Below, one piece after another: positions 37,120 to 47,493 of a DNA stretch of 60,740 bases; position 1 is the stretch's first letter; every line of letters begins with the position of its first letter. Under the pieces are notes generated by a model. It was given only the letters and a program-made list of their open reading frames with translations, was not told the origin of the DNA and made no database searches. The position numbers and the translations under genes were made by a program. Source of the stretch: Bacteroidia bacterium. Its GTDB lineage: Bacteria > Bacteroidota > Bacteroidia > Bacteroidales > VadinHA17. Where the stretch lies: contig JAPLDX010000133.1 of NCBI GenBank assembly GCA_026391215.1, forward strand, positions 1 to 60,740. The letters are read 5' to 3'.

Positions 37120-38118
37120 ATGAAAATATGCGTTACAGGAGCAAACGGCTTTCTTGCCAGTAATATAATAAGGGAATTGCTTTCCCGTGATTACCAGGTT
37201 GTAGCATTTATCAAGACTGGTGAGAATATTGCTACAATCAAGGACCTTAATATAATCAGGAAATATGGAGATATCCTGGATTATAATTCAATTCTTGAGG
37301 CAATTGACGGATGTGATGCCCTGATACACACTGCAGCAAGTACTGCATTGTACCCTTCCCGGTCAGAAATACAGCATAAAATAAATGTGGAAGGCGCTCT
37401 TAATGTAATGAATGCCGCCCTTGAGAGAAAGGTTTCAAGGGTAATTCATATCGGGACAGCCAACTCTTTTGGTTTCGGAACAAAAGAAAATCCAGGGAAT
37501 GAAGAGGCTCCCTATTCTTGCGGCAGATATAAGCTGGATTATATGGACACAAAATGTGAAGCGCAACAGAAGGTTCTGGATCTTGTCAGAACCAGGAACC
37601 TGCCGGCAGTGATACTTAATCCAACATTTATGCTGGGTCCTTATTGCGGAGCCTATGGATCGGGACAGATGCTTATGGCTGTAAAAAACCGGCAAACTCC
37701 AGGGTACTCCCGGGGCGGAAGAAACTTTTTATATGTAAAGGATGCTGCAGTCGCTGTGGTAAATGCCCTGACAATGGGAAATACCGGTGAATGTTATATC
37801 CTGGGAAATGAGAACCTGTGCTTCAAGGAAATATTTGGCAAAATGGCTGCAGTCGCCGGAGTAACTCCACCAAAGCTGTATATACCGGGATTTGCGGCAA
37901 AGTTGTTTGGTCTTTTGTTGACAGGAGCTGGAAAAATCTTTGGATTTACCCCAGTCTTAACATACAGATCAGCTGCAATGTCCGATGATTTTAATTATTA
38001 TTCCGCAGAGAAAGCTATAAAAGAATTGAAGCTCCCTCAAACTCCGATTGAGGTAGCAATTAAAGAAGCCTATGAGTGGCTGGAAGCAATAGGTAAATCT
38101 GACAATCATGCAGGATAA
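37120..38118 (+). CDS. NAD-dependent epimerase/dehydratase (dihydroflavonol reductase/HpnA-like)
   Basis: VTGANGFLA, IHTAA, YMDTK, LNPTFMLGP. Confidence 0.85.
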   Translation: MKICVTGANGFLASNIIRELLSRDYQVVAFIKTGENIATIKDLNIIRKYGDILDYNSILEAIDGCDALIHTAASTALYPSRSEIQHKINVEGALNVMNAALERKVSRVIHIGTANSFGFGTKENPGNEEAPYSCGRYKLDYMDTKCEAQQKVLDLVRTRNLPAVILNPTFMLGPYCGAYGSGQMLMAVKNRQTPGYSRGGRNFLYVKDAAVAVVNALTMGNTGECYILGNENLCFKEIFGKMAAVAGVTPPKLYIPGFAAKLFGLLLTGAGKIFGFTPVLTYRSAAMSDDFNYYSAEKAIKELKLPQTPIEVAIKEAYEWLEAIGKSDNHAG

Positions 38119-38923
38119 CTATTTCAAAGGCAAGGTTATAATTATAACCGGAGCCCGTCAGGGCATTGGCAAAACATTAAGTCTCTTATTAGCAGTTGAA
38201 GGTGCCAGGCTGGCCATTAACAGCAGAAATGCTGAAAAGCTAACTGAGCTGAAAAACACTCTGAATTCAAAGGGATGCAGTGTGATTGATATACCGGGAG
38301 ATATTTCGGATGAGCAGGTATGTAAAAATATTGCCGATCAGACAGTTAAGGAATTCGGAAGGATAGATATTTTAATAAATAACGCGGGTGTTGCAGGTGA
38401 CGGGACCGTTGAAGAAGCTGATCCATCAATATTCAGAAAGCAGGTTGAAGTAAATCTGCTAGGCTCCTATTATATGACAAGGTATGCCCTGCCGCACATA
38501 AAATCATCACAAGGGAGTATTTTGTTCGTATCAAGCCTTGCAGGCTTATTCGGCCTTCCGGCCTACAGCGGCTATTCAGCATCAAAAATGGCACTGACAG
38601 CGCTTGCGCAGAGCCTGAAAAATGAGCTTTATGGCCAGAATGTGCATATCGCAATAGCCCATGTCGGATTCACGGAAAATGACGCTTCTAAAAAACAATA
38701 TAATGCAAAAGGAGAACTTACTCTATTACCAGACAGGAAAGTCAAAAGAGTTACTTCTGAAAAGACAGCATCGCTGCTGATGAAGCAGATCCGGACCAGG
38801 AAATTCAGATCTGTACATTCATTTCTTGGAAAAGCAGAATTTCTAGTTTCCAAATTCTTTCCCGGCCTGATCGCACTGATTGTTCGCAAATCTGGTGCTA
38901 AGGAAAGCAAGGGCAGCAGATGA
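38108..38923 (+). CDS. SDR-family oxidoreductase
   Basis: TGARQGIG, NNAG, YSASK. Confidence 0.88.
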   Translation: MQDNYFKGKVIIITGARQGIGKTLSLLLAVEGARLAINSRNAEKLTELKNTLNSKGCSVIDIPGDISDEQVCKNIADQTVKEFGRIDILINNAGVAGDGTVEEADPSIFRKQVEVNLLGSYYMTRYALPHIKSSQGSILFVSSLAGLFGLPAYSGYSASKMALTALAQSLKNELYGQNVHIAIAHVGFTENDASKKQYNAKGELTLLPDRKVKRVTSEKTASLLMKQIRTRKFRSVHSFLGKAEFLVSKFFPGLIALIVRKSGAKESKGSR

Positions 38924-40269
38924 ATAATCTTCTTTTTACAGATGCACTGAAGCTGAAACGGCCTGCTGCTTTTCATATAATGCTCAAGCCTGCAGGACCT
39001 GCATGCAACCTCAATTGCACTTATTGCTATTACCTGGAAAAGAAGAATCTCTTTCCGGGCAAGAGTGAATTCAGGATGTCAGATGATCTCCTGGAGAATT
39101 TTACAAAACAGTATATTGAAGCACATGAGGCGCCACTGGTGACTTTCACCTGGCAGGGCGGCGAACCTACCCTGATGGGACTTGAATTTTTCAAAAAAGC
39201 CACTGAGTACCAGAAAAAATTTGCAGGGGAAAAACAAATAGAAAATGCTTTCCAGACTAATGGTACGAAGCTCAATGATGACTGGTGTAAGTTCTTTACT
39301 GACAATAATATATTGGTAGGCATCTCAATTGATGGTGAAGAACATAATCATAACCATTACAGACAAACTTCTACCGGTGGATCTACTTTTAGCCGAGTCA
39401 TGAAGGGAATTGAATTGCTGCACAAACACAAAGTTGAATTCAATACTCTGAGCACAGTTAATGATTATAATGTTCATTATGCTTCTGAGACATTTAGGTT
39501 CCTTAAGAAGATAGGGAGTGGATTTATGCAGTTCCTTCCAGTTGTGGAACGGATACGGAAGGATCGACAAGAGAATAGCTTAACTCTTGTCGCTCCGGTT
39601 CATGGCGAAGCCGATGTGACTCAATGGTCGGTTGGTGCAACAGAATTCGGTAGATTCCTGATAACAATTTTTGATGAGTGGGTCAGAAACGATGTTGCAA
39701 GGTATTATGTTCAGATATTCGATACCGCATTAGCCAATTATGTCGGTTCGAACCCGGGATTATGTGTTTTTGCGGATACCTGTGGTGATGCCATGGTCAT
39801 GGAGCATAACGGGGATCTTTATTCATGCGATCATTTTGTTTATCCTGAATATCTCCTTGGTAATATTTCGAAAACACCTATGGCTGAGCTTGTTAAATCA
39901 CAAAATCAATTTGATTTCGGGATTAATAAAAGAAATAAATTGCCACGCTACTGCCTGAAGTGTGCTGTTCAGTATGCATGTCATGGAGAATGTCCGAAGC
40001 ACAGGTTTATCCTGACACCTGACGGAAAACCGGGACTGAATTACCTCTGTGAGGGTTATAAGATGTTTTTTAAGCATGTTGAGCCATATATGGAGTATAT
40101 GGCCAAAGAGCTTAATAACAAACGTCCGCCGGCAAATGTGATGAACTGGTTGAAAAATAAGGAGAATCAGCATCTGAAACCCGACCTTCCAGGGCGCAAT
40201 GATCCATGTCCCTGCGGTAGCGGCAAAAAATTCAAGAACTGCTGTGCCAGTAAGCCGATGAATTATTAA
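38920..40269 (+). CDS. Anaerobic sulfatase maturase (radical SAM-SPASM) with a C-terminal SEC-C motif
   Basis: CNLNCTYC, WQGGEP, YSCDHFVYP, CHGECPK, GRNDPCPCGSGKKFKNCC. Confidence 0.92.
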   Translation: MNNLLFTDALKLKRPAAFHIMLKPAGPACNLNCTYCYYLEKKNLFPGKSEFRMSDDLLENFTKQYIEAHEAPLVTFTWQGGEPTLMGLEFFKKATEYQKKFAGEKQIENAFQTNGTKLNDDWCKFFTDNNILVGISIDGEEHNHNHYRQTSTGGSTFSRVMKGIELLHKHKVEFNTLSTVNDYNVHYASETFRFLKKIGSGFMQFLPVVERIRKDRQENSLTLVAPVHGEADVTQWSVGATEFGRFLITIFDEWVRNDVARYYVQIFDTALANYVGSNPGLCVFADTCGDAMVMEHNGDLYSCDHFVYPEYLLGNISKTPMAELVKSQNQFDFGINKRNKLPRYCLKCAVQYACHGECPKHRFILTPDGKPGLNYLCEGYKMFFKHVEPYMEYMAKELNNKRPPANVMNWLKNKENQHLKPDLPGRNDPCPCGSGKKFKNCCASKPMNY

Positions 40270-40296
40270 TTCCATAATATGCCATTGGTATTTTAT

Positions 40297-40405
40297 TGTC
40301 TAATTAATTTACAAATAATTGTCTAATATATTTACATGTTTATGTTTGATATATTTTATATATATCAGGATATCAATGTAATACATTAATGGCATAATCT
40401 TTGGT
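40297..40405 (+). promoter_or_regulatory. sigma54 promoter with two upstream activator sites
   Basis: TGTCTAATTAATTTACA (40297-40313), TGTCTAATATATTTACA (40320-40336) and -24/-12-like TGGCATAATCTTTGGT (40390-40405). Confidence 0.6.
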
Positions 40406-40434
40406 CTGAAAGATGTATCTATGAAACCCGGAAA

Positions 40435-41647
40435 ATGAAGAATTGCATCTCGATATTATTCCTTATTATAATCTTTTGCTGGCAGAAGAGTTCAGGACAG
40501 GTTGTACAGGATATTAAGAAGTGGACACTGGAAGATTGCATAGATTATGCTGTTACCAATAATATAAGTTTGAAAAGGCAGACCCTTCTGACAGAAACTT
40601 CAGAAGCAAATCTGTTCAAGTCAAAGATGGATTTTCTGCCAACATTGAATTTCGGATCTGATGCTCAGATGGGTTTTGGACGATCAATAGACCCTGTTAC
40701 AAACCTCATTACTTTCAAACAGAATATAAGCAATTCATACGCATTATCCACCCGTTTAAATCTGTTTAACGGATTTGCCACTCTGAATACGACTATTGCC
40801 AACAAGTTTATGTACAAGGCAGGCATGGAGGCTGAAAAAATAGCCAGGAACACTCTTATCATTGAGATTTTAGGGCAATATTACCAGGTTTTGTATGCCA
40901 GAGGGATCGAGGGAGCTTCAAAAATGCAGGTTGATCTTTCAGAAAAGCAGCATTTCCGTATCACGAGAATGGTGGGAACAGGAAAAGAGGCGCTGTCAAG
41001 GCAATATGAGATAGAAAGTCAGCTTTCAAACGATAAACTCTCCTATACCATTGCACATAACAATGCCAGCCAGGCGTTAACCACTCTTAAGCAGATGCTC
41101 CGGATTGAACCCGGAACTGATTTTGATATTCTAATACCGGATCTGTCTGATTTACCTATAACTTTATACCGGCTATTATAAGGTAATAAGCGATGAAGCA
41201 ACCGACCAGGTTTCATTCACAAGTCAATTAAAAAACAATAACAGCCAGGCTGTTTACTTTTCACTCAATGTACCCATCTTTAATAATTATGTGACAGGAC
41301 ATAATATCAAAACTGCCAAGATCCGGAAGAATGATACAGCCCTGAGGCTTGAACTGGAAAAGAACAATCTCTATACTGAAATAGAAAATGCATGTCTCGA
41401 TTATGCAAGAGGCAAGGATGAATTTCTCGCAGCAAAAGCCAGTCTGGAGTTTAATAATAAGTCATTTAGTGCAGTAGAAAAGAAATTTGAAACGGGCCTG
41501 GTCGATGTGACTGATTATTCAGCTGCAAAAACTACCCTGTTCAGAGCTGAGGCTGAAGCTTTACGGACAAAACTACAGGTACTTATCAGGAAGCTTACGA
41601 TCAGCTTTTATACAACCGGAGAATTTGAGAATTTAATTTATAATTAA
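40435..41647 (+). pseudogene. TolC-family outer-membrane factor, split by a frameshift with an apparent internal deletion near 41160
   Basis: N-part WTLEDCIDYAVTNN..FLPTLN ends at 41181. Another frame resumes LYTGYY..SLNVPIFNN through KKFETGLV. The usual second-repeat entry segment appears to be missing. Confidence 0.7.
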
Positions 41648-41669
41648 TCAGATAAATACAGAACTGTAT

Positions 41670-42944
41670 ATGGATACTCCTATTGAAAATATGGACAAAC
41701 CTATTGAGAAGAAGAAAGGATTTCAGAAAAAACATATCGGATATCTTGCAATAGGGATAGCCATGGTCGTTCTGATCTATATGGCTTTCTTCACGGACCG
41801 CACTTCAACATACCGTGTAGAGAAGGAAAAACTCATTATCGAGACTATAATAAAGGATCAATTCAATGATTACATAACAGTTCCCGGTACTGTGGAACCG
41901 ATCAGCATAATTTTCCTTGATGCACAGGAAGGCGGACGAGTTGAAGAGATACTAATAGAAGAGGGCTCCATGGTAAAGAAAGGCGATATAATTCTACGGC
42001 TTTCGAATCCTGATCTCTATCTAAATATTCTTGACAGTGAAGCACAGCTGGCTGAAAAGGAAAACTTTCTCAGGAACACTCAGGTAACAATGGAACAGGA
42101 ACGAATCTCAATAAAAAGAGAGCTTATCAATCTTAAATATGATATTGAGAGAAAAGAACGTACATATAAGCAAAATGCCGAATTAATTAAAGATAACCTG
42201 ATTTCCAGGGAAGAATTCATCCGTTCGAAAGAGGACCTTGACATGGCACTTAGCTCACAGGAACTTTTTGTTGAGAGACAGAAAGCAGACTCTCTTTTCC
42301 GTTCAGTGCAGGTAGAAACCATAAAAGCTAATCTTGAAAATATGCGGAAGAATCTGGCACTTGTCAGGGATAGAATGGAGAATCTTAATGTCAGAGCTAC
42401 AGTTGATGGACAGCTTGGCCTGCTGGTGCCTGAGATTGGCAAGTCAATCTCAAGAGGCGAAAATATGGGACAGATAAATGTTTTAACATCTTATAAGGTT
42501 ACAGCACAAATAGATGAGCACTACATTGACAGGGTGAGAACTCAGCTCACAGCCACACTTGACAGGCAGGGGAATGAATTTGATCTTATGGTAAGAAGGG
42601 TGTACCCAGAAGTAAGGAATGGAACATTTGAGATCGATATGGTTTTTATCGACAGCATGCCGGATAATATCAGAACCGGACAGACATATTATATCAGTCT
42701 TGAGCTGGGGCAGCCCAAAGAATCTGTGCTGGTTCCAATCGGAGGATTTTTCCAGGAGACCGGCGGACAATGGATCTTTGTCCTTGATCCTTCGGAATCA
42801 TTTGCCATAAAGAGGAATATTTCGATAGGCAGAAAGAATCCAAAATATTACGAAGTTCTTGAAGGACTTGAACCGGGTGAAAAGGTTATTATATCCGGTT
42901 ACGAATCCTTCGGGAAGAATGAAAAGCTTGTATTTAAAAAATAA
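41670..42944 (+). CDS. Efflux membrane-fusion (periplasmic adaptor) protein
   Basis: N-terminal TM, EGGRVEEILIEEGSMVKKGD, IDEHYIDRV, EVLEGLEPGEKVI. Confidence 0.9.
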   Translation: MDTPIENMDKPIEKKKGFQKKHIGYLAIGIAMVVLIYMAFFTDRTSTYRVEKEKLIIETIIKDQFNDYITVPGTVEPISIIFLDAQEGGRVEEILIEEGSMVKKGDIILRLSNPDLYLNILDSEAQLAEKENFLRNTQVTMEQERISIKRELINLKYDIERKERTYKQNAELIKDNLISREEFIRSKEDLDMALSSQELFVERQKADSLFRSVQVETIKANLENMRKNLALVRDRMENLNVRATVDGQLGLLVPEIGKSISRGENMGQINVLTSYKVTAQIDEHYIDRVRTQLTATLDRQGNEFDLMVRRVYPEVRNGTFEIDMVFIDSMPDNIRTGQTYYISLELGQPKESVLVPIGGFFQETGGQWIFVLDPSESFAIKRNISIGRKNPKYYEVLEGLEPGEKVIISGYESFGKNEKLVFKK

Positions 42945-42967
42945 AATAACTTTTAATACCTACTACA

Positions 42968-43630
42968 ATGATCAAAACCAATGATTTAACAAAGATCTTC
43001 AGGACTGAAGAAGTTGAGACAACAGCTCTCAATAAAGTAAATCTTAACGTAAAAGAGGGTGAATATGTTGCAGTAATGGGACCCTCAGGATGCGGAAAAT
43101 CGACACTTCTGAATATACTGGGGCTGCTTGACAATCCCAGTTCAGGAAGCTACATCTTCAATGGAACAGAAGTTGCAAATCTTAAAGAGCGCGACAGGAC
43201 TGTTTTCCGCAAGGGTAACATAGGATTTGTCTTTCAATCCTTTAATCTCATCGACGAACTAAACGTCTATGAGAATGTTGAGCTGCCGCTTATCTATCTG
43301 AAAATGAAAACCAGTGAAAGAAAGAAAAAAGTTGAAGATGCTCTCGAAAGGATGAAAATCACCCACAGAGCTAAACACTTTCCACAGCAGCTGTCTGGCG
43401 GACAACAGCAGAGGGTAGCAATAGCCCGCGCTGTAGTTGCAAATCCTAAGCTAATACTTGCCGACGAGCCTACAGGTAATCTTGATTCAAAAAATGGTAT
43501 AGAGGTAATAAACCTTCTGACAGAACTAAACAAGGAGGGGACGACCATAATAATGGTTACACACTCAGACAGGGATGCCGGATATGCTCACAGGATAGTT
43601 AACCTGTTTGATGGCCAGATTGTAGGCTAA
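42968..43630 (+). CDS. ABC transporter ATPase (MacB/LolD-like)
   Basis: GPSGCGKST, LSGGQQQRVAIARA, ILADEPTGNLD. Confidence 0.95.
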   Translation: MIKTNDLTKIFRTEEVETTALNKVNLNVKEGEYVAVMGPSGCGKSTLLNILGLLDNPSSGSYIFNGTEVANLKERDRTVFRKGNIGFVFQSFNLIDELNVYENVELPLIYLKMKTSERKKKVEDALERMKITHRAKHFPQQLSGGQQQRVAIARAVVANPKLILADEPTGNLDSKNGIEVINLLTELNKEGTTIIMVTHSDRDAGYAHRIVNLFDGQIVG

Positions 43631-44562
43631 GAGTTGCCGGAATCGAGCTTCTTGAGCTTGTTATAAAGAGTTTGCCTGGTAATTCCGAGTTTGGCAGCAG
43701 CGATACTGATGTTGTTGCCATTCCTTTTCAGGCAGTCATATATCATTTTCTTCTCCATCTCTGCCAGGGTAAGTTCATGATAATGAACGTTTTTTGCCTG
43801 TGACTTAAATTCGAAATCAGATGGTATAAGAACAGGGGAATCACTCATGATGACCGCTTTCTCAATAGAATGCTGAAGCTCTCTTACATTTCCTGGCCAG
43901 TCATAGTTTGAGAGCTTTTCCAGAGCGTGCGTATTTATCCTCATCGGTTCCCTGTCATATTTCTCACAATATTTTCTCAGAAAGAAATTTGCAAGAACAG
44001 GAATGTCATCCACCCTGTCACGTAATGAAGGGACTTCAATCATGATGGTATTAATCCTGTAGAGAAGATCTTCCCGGAACCGCCCCTCTCCGACCATCTT
44101 CATAAGATCACAGTTTGTGGCGCATATCAGCCGGATATCAACCGGTATTTGCTTGTTTGAACCGACTCTAACAACCTGCCTGTTCTGAAGAACATTCAGC
44201 AATTTTGACTGAGACTGAAGTGAAAGATTACTAATCTCATCCATGAACAGTGTCCCTCCGGCTGCGAGCTCAAATTTTCCTTTCCTGTCATCTCTGGCGT
44301 CTGTAAATGCACCCTTAACATGGCCAAAAAGCTCACTTTCAAAAAGCGTTTCGGTAATTGAACCCATATCGACACTAACCATCAGCTCTCCTGATCTTGA
44401 TGAAAGGTTGTGAATTTCCCTGGCAATGAGCTCTTTTCCTGTCCCGTTCTCACCAGTGATCAGAACATTAGCATCCGTCGCCGCAATCTTCCGGACAATA
44501 TTCATAACATTGATCATAGTCGGAGATGCTCCCTGTATAAGCTTGTCAATAGTATTGCTCAT
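43627..44562 (-). CDS. sigma54 enhancer-binding protein (AAA+ and Fis-HTH only, no receiver/sensor domain)
   Basis: GENGTGKE, ESELFGH.KGAFTDA, FMDEI, FREDLLYR, WPGNVREL and an HTH; the AAA+ domain begins at about residue 8. Confidence 0.9.
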   Translation of the reverse strand: MSNTIDKLIQGASPTMINVMNIVRKIAATDANVLITGENGTGKELIAREIHNLSSRSGELMVSVDMGSITETLFESELFGHVKGAFTDARDDRKGKFELAAGGTLFMDEISNLSLQSQSKLLNVLQNRQVVRVGSNKQIPVDIRLICATNCDLMKMVGEGRFREDLLYRINTIMIEVPSLRDRVDDIPVLANFFLRKYCEKYDREPMRINTHALEKLSNYDWPGNVRELQHSIEKAVIMSDSPVLIPSDFEFKSQAKNVHYHELTLAEMEKKMIYDCLKRNGNNISIAAAKLGITRQTLYNKLKKLDSGNS

Positions 44563-44651
44563 GATTGGTTATTTAACACCGAAGTTAATAAATAATGTCT
44601 AATTATTTGACAACTGACATATTGTTTTCAGAAATATATTATCAATATCCC

Positions 44652-44683
44652 TGCAACATTCAGACTTAATAAGCGTCTTTATA
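44652..44683 (+). promoter_or_regulatory. ECF-type promoter TGCAAC-N16-CGTCTTTATA
   Basis: Lies 23 bp upstream of the 44706 start; matches the motif at 52382. Confidence 0.6.
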
Positions 44684-44705
44684 TCAGAAATAAAAACCCG
44701 GAGAG

Positions 44706-45014
44706 ATGACAGTAAAATTAAATGCAAACGAGGTAGTGCTTAAAGCAAGTGATACAAACCAGCTAATAGAAAACCTGAAAGTAGATGGTAAGCTGATTGT
44801 AACAAATCAGCGGATATATTTCAAGCCGCTCGATGAGCTGAAAGACAAGTTCAATTTCGAGATTCTGTTTGAAAATATCATGGAAGTCATTTTCTATAAT
44901 AAGAGCCTCAGTTTTGTTAAAGGGATCAATGTCATTACCCGTGACGGAAAGAGTCACTCCTTCCCTCTCAAGAAACGAGATGAGATTGGACAGCTAATCA
45001 ACAGAATGTATTGA
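44706..45014 (+). CDS. GRAM/PH-like domain protein
   Basis: LNANEVV..., GKLIVTNQRIYF, EILFENI.EV pattern. Confidence 0.65.
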   Translation: MTVKLNANEVVLKASDTNQLIENLKVDGKLIVTNQRIYFKPLDELKDKFNFEILFENIMEVIFYNKSLSFVKGINVITRDGKSHSFPLKKRDEIGQLINRMY

Positions 45015-45032
45015 CTCTTTAAGACCCCCCAT

Positions 45033-45083
45033 CCCCCCTGAAGGGGGGCTAATTCCCATACGGTGTGCCCCGTAGCGACGGGG
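45033..45083. terminator. Two GC-rich hairpins between convergent genes
   Basis: CCCCCC-TGAA-GGGGGG (45033-45048) and CCCCGT-AGCG-ACGGGG (45068-45083). Confidence 0.55.
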
Positions 45084-45084
45084 G

Positions 45085-47487
45085 TTATTCGTAATGCAAT
45101 GACTCAACCGGATTCCTCAGCGCAGCCCTCACAACCTTTACGCTGATTGTCAATATAGTTGCAACAATCATAATCAATGCTGATAGCAGCAGGATGCCAG
45201 GGGTGATTTTAGTAAAATAATCCCAGATGCTGTCCATCAAACTCAGCGACATATAGTATCCTCCGGCACATCCAAGGATTGATGAAATCAATAGTACAAT
45301 AAGAAATTTCCGGCTGACAAGGAACATTAGTATTGGTACCGGAGCCCCTTGTATTTTCCTTATACCCACCTCTTTAGTACGTTTGATTATATCGAGTGAT
45401 ACAAGATTGTACATTCCGATGAGAGATAATAATGTGGCAACAATCGCAAGGAATACGTTAACCTTAAGAATGCTGCCATTAATATCCTTCTCTTCCTGCA
45501 TTAAATCTTCCTGGAGCCTTCCTCCGAAGAGATAATTAGTCCCCATGGCTTTCCATTTCTGATCCATAAAATCGAGGACTCCCGGCAGGTCTTCAGGATT
45601 AGCCCTTACAACCAGTACGACAAACTGACGACTGTCGGCACTAAACTGACGAGTGTCTGCCACTCTCAGCATAGCAGGCTCAATTTCTTCCCAGACTCCA
45701 CTGATATAAAAATCCTCCACTACGCCGATAATGGTAAGAGTTGTTGTATCGTAAAGAGTTACAGTTCTACCAACACCATCTGGCCATCCAAAATCCTTAA
45801 CCAGTTTCTGATTGACTATTATTGATCCGTTTGTTTTGTCGGCTTCTGCTCTGTTCTTGTCAAAAAGTCTGCCATCTCTCAGGCGTAATCCTATAGTTTG
45901 AGCATATTCAGGCCCTATATCCATAACATCCACCTCAAGCTGCTTCTCAGCATCTTTTATAGGTCTCCTGTAACTCCCCCATCCTAAATGGTTTATTGTC
46001 CCCTCAGCAGAAATTATTTTAGGATTCGTAATTATCTCGTTACGGTATGCAGTAAATAATTCAGAAGAAATGGGGGCGATTATAAGTTTATCCCTGTCAA
46101 AGCCAAGGTCAAGTGTTTTCTGGTATTCAGCATTTCTGGCAAAAACAATGCCCATGACAAGCGACATTATTGAAATTGAAAACTGGAGTGTAAGAAGCAC
46201 CAGCGAAAGTTTTCCTGATCCCTTAATCGATGAATCACCTTTTATTATACTAACAGGACTGAATGAACTAACATATAATGCCGGGTAGACACCTGCAAGA
46301 AAACCTGTGACCAAAACAAGCATGATTAAAAATACCCAGAAGAAAGCATATCTGGTAAATGTCATTTCAATTGACATGTATGACCATAAGCTGCTGTAAG
46401 CAGGTACAAGAAACTCGGCAAAAGCAATACCGACAATAAGGGCCAAAAGGCAAATAATGAAAGTCTCGAACATAAACTGCGTAACCAGCTGTTTCCTGAG
46501 TCCGCCAAAGGTTTTCCTGAGCCCAATTTCCTTAAGCCGCCTGCTGAAAATCGATCTGGAGGTATTGGCAAAATTAAAACATGCAAGAAGGAGGATGAAA
46601 ATTGCCATCACAGAAGGCGCAATAAGTGCTGCAGGATGCAGAGAAGGAAAGAGGCCTGAAGACCAGATATCTCTTGAATTTGATCCCACTTCCTTAAGTG
46701 GCACTAATGAAAACCTGTTTATCCTGAAATCTTCCCGTGCCTTATTCTGAACCAGCAGATAGTCCTTCAATGAACTGGCAATGGAAGGTATAAGAGATTT
46801 CTCCTGTACCTGGATAAACAGCGCTGTTGTCCACAGCTTCCAGTCTGCATCATTGGCTCCCCACATACTCAGGAAGTTTTCATAATGTGAGAGAATATCA
46901 ATCCTGAAGCTGGAGTTTTCCGGAAGATCACTGAATACTGCACTTACAGTAAAGGAGAACTCTTTATTCTGGTCATTTACAAGTGAGATAGACTTACCTA
47001 CAGGGTATTCTTCTCCGAAAAGAGTTTTGGCCATAGTCTCACTTATAAGAACATTCCCGGTGCCGGGTACCGACTTTGTATCTCCGAAAATTGAATGGAA
47101 TGTAAAAATCTCCAGGAATTCCGGATCTACAAAAGAAATCTGGGCAGGGAAAAGATCATCCCCCATCTTTACCATAGATCCCGACCTGTGTAATCTGGAT
47201 GCTTTCAGAATCCCGGGTATATCCTTTTTTATCAGAAGTCCCAGTGTGGATGGAACACGACCATATTCCTGCTCCCTTCCCTGCATATCCCTGAAGCAGG
47301 TGATCCTGTATATCTCATTGAAGTTTTCATGAGTTCTGTCAAACTCATAATTGAACATGTGATTGAAGAAAGCAACGATACAGACTGACAAAGCAATGCC
47401 AAGACCAATAATGTTGATCAGAGTGAAAACCTTGTTCTTCAATAAGTTTCTGAAGGTTACAAGGAGGTAATTCCTGAACATAGACAA
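45085..47487 (-). CDS. MacB/FtsX-type ABC permease (two repeats)
   Basis: FRNLLKNKVFTLINIIGLGIA, RLKEIGLRK, RTKEVGIRK, NPVESLHYE. Confidence 0.9.
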   Translation of the reverse strand: MSMFRNYLLVTFRNLLKNKVFTLINIIGLGIALSVCIVAFFNHMFNYEFDRTHENFNEIYRITCFRDMQGREQEYGRVPSTLGLLIKKDIPGILKASRLHRSGSMVKMGDDLFPAQISFVDPEFLEIFTFHSIFGDTKSVPGTGNVLISETMAKTLFGEEYPVGKSISLVNDQNKEFSFTVSAVFSDLPENSSFRIDILSHYENFLSMWGANDADWKLWTTALFIQVQEKSLIPSIASSLKDYLLVQNKAREDFRINRFSLVPLKEVGSNSRDIWSSGLFPSLHPAALIAPSVMAIFILLLACFNFANTSRSIFSRRLKEIGLRKTFGGLRKQLVTQFMFETFIICLLALIVGIAFAEFLVPAYSSLWSYMSIEMTFTRYAFFWVFLIMLVLVTGFLAGVYPALYVSSFSPVSIIKGDSSIKGSGKLSLVLLTLQFSISIMSLVMGIVFARNAEYQKTLDLGFDRDKLIIAPISSELFTAYRNEIITNPKIISAEGTINHLGWGSYRRPIKDAEKQLEVDVMDIGPEYAQTIGLRLRDGRLFDKNRAEADKTNGSIIVNQKLVKDFGWPDGVGRTVTLYDTTTLTIIGVVEDFYISGVWEEIEPAMLRVADTRQFSADSRQFVVLVVRANPEDLPGVLDFMDQKWKAMGTNYLFGGRLQEDLMQEEKDINGSILKVNVFLAIVATLLSLIGMYNLVSLDIIKRTKEVGIRKIQGAPVPILMFLVSRKFLIVLLISSILGCAGGYYMSLSLMDSIWDYFTKITPGILLLSALIMIVATILTISVKVVRAALRNPVESLHYE

Positions 47488-47493
47488 CAGTTT

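Noticed and set aside
45622-45661. 21-bp tandem duplication in an ABC permease (ADTRQFS/ADSRQFV)
   Set aside because: Small in-frame duplication with no sign of wider function.
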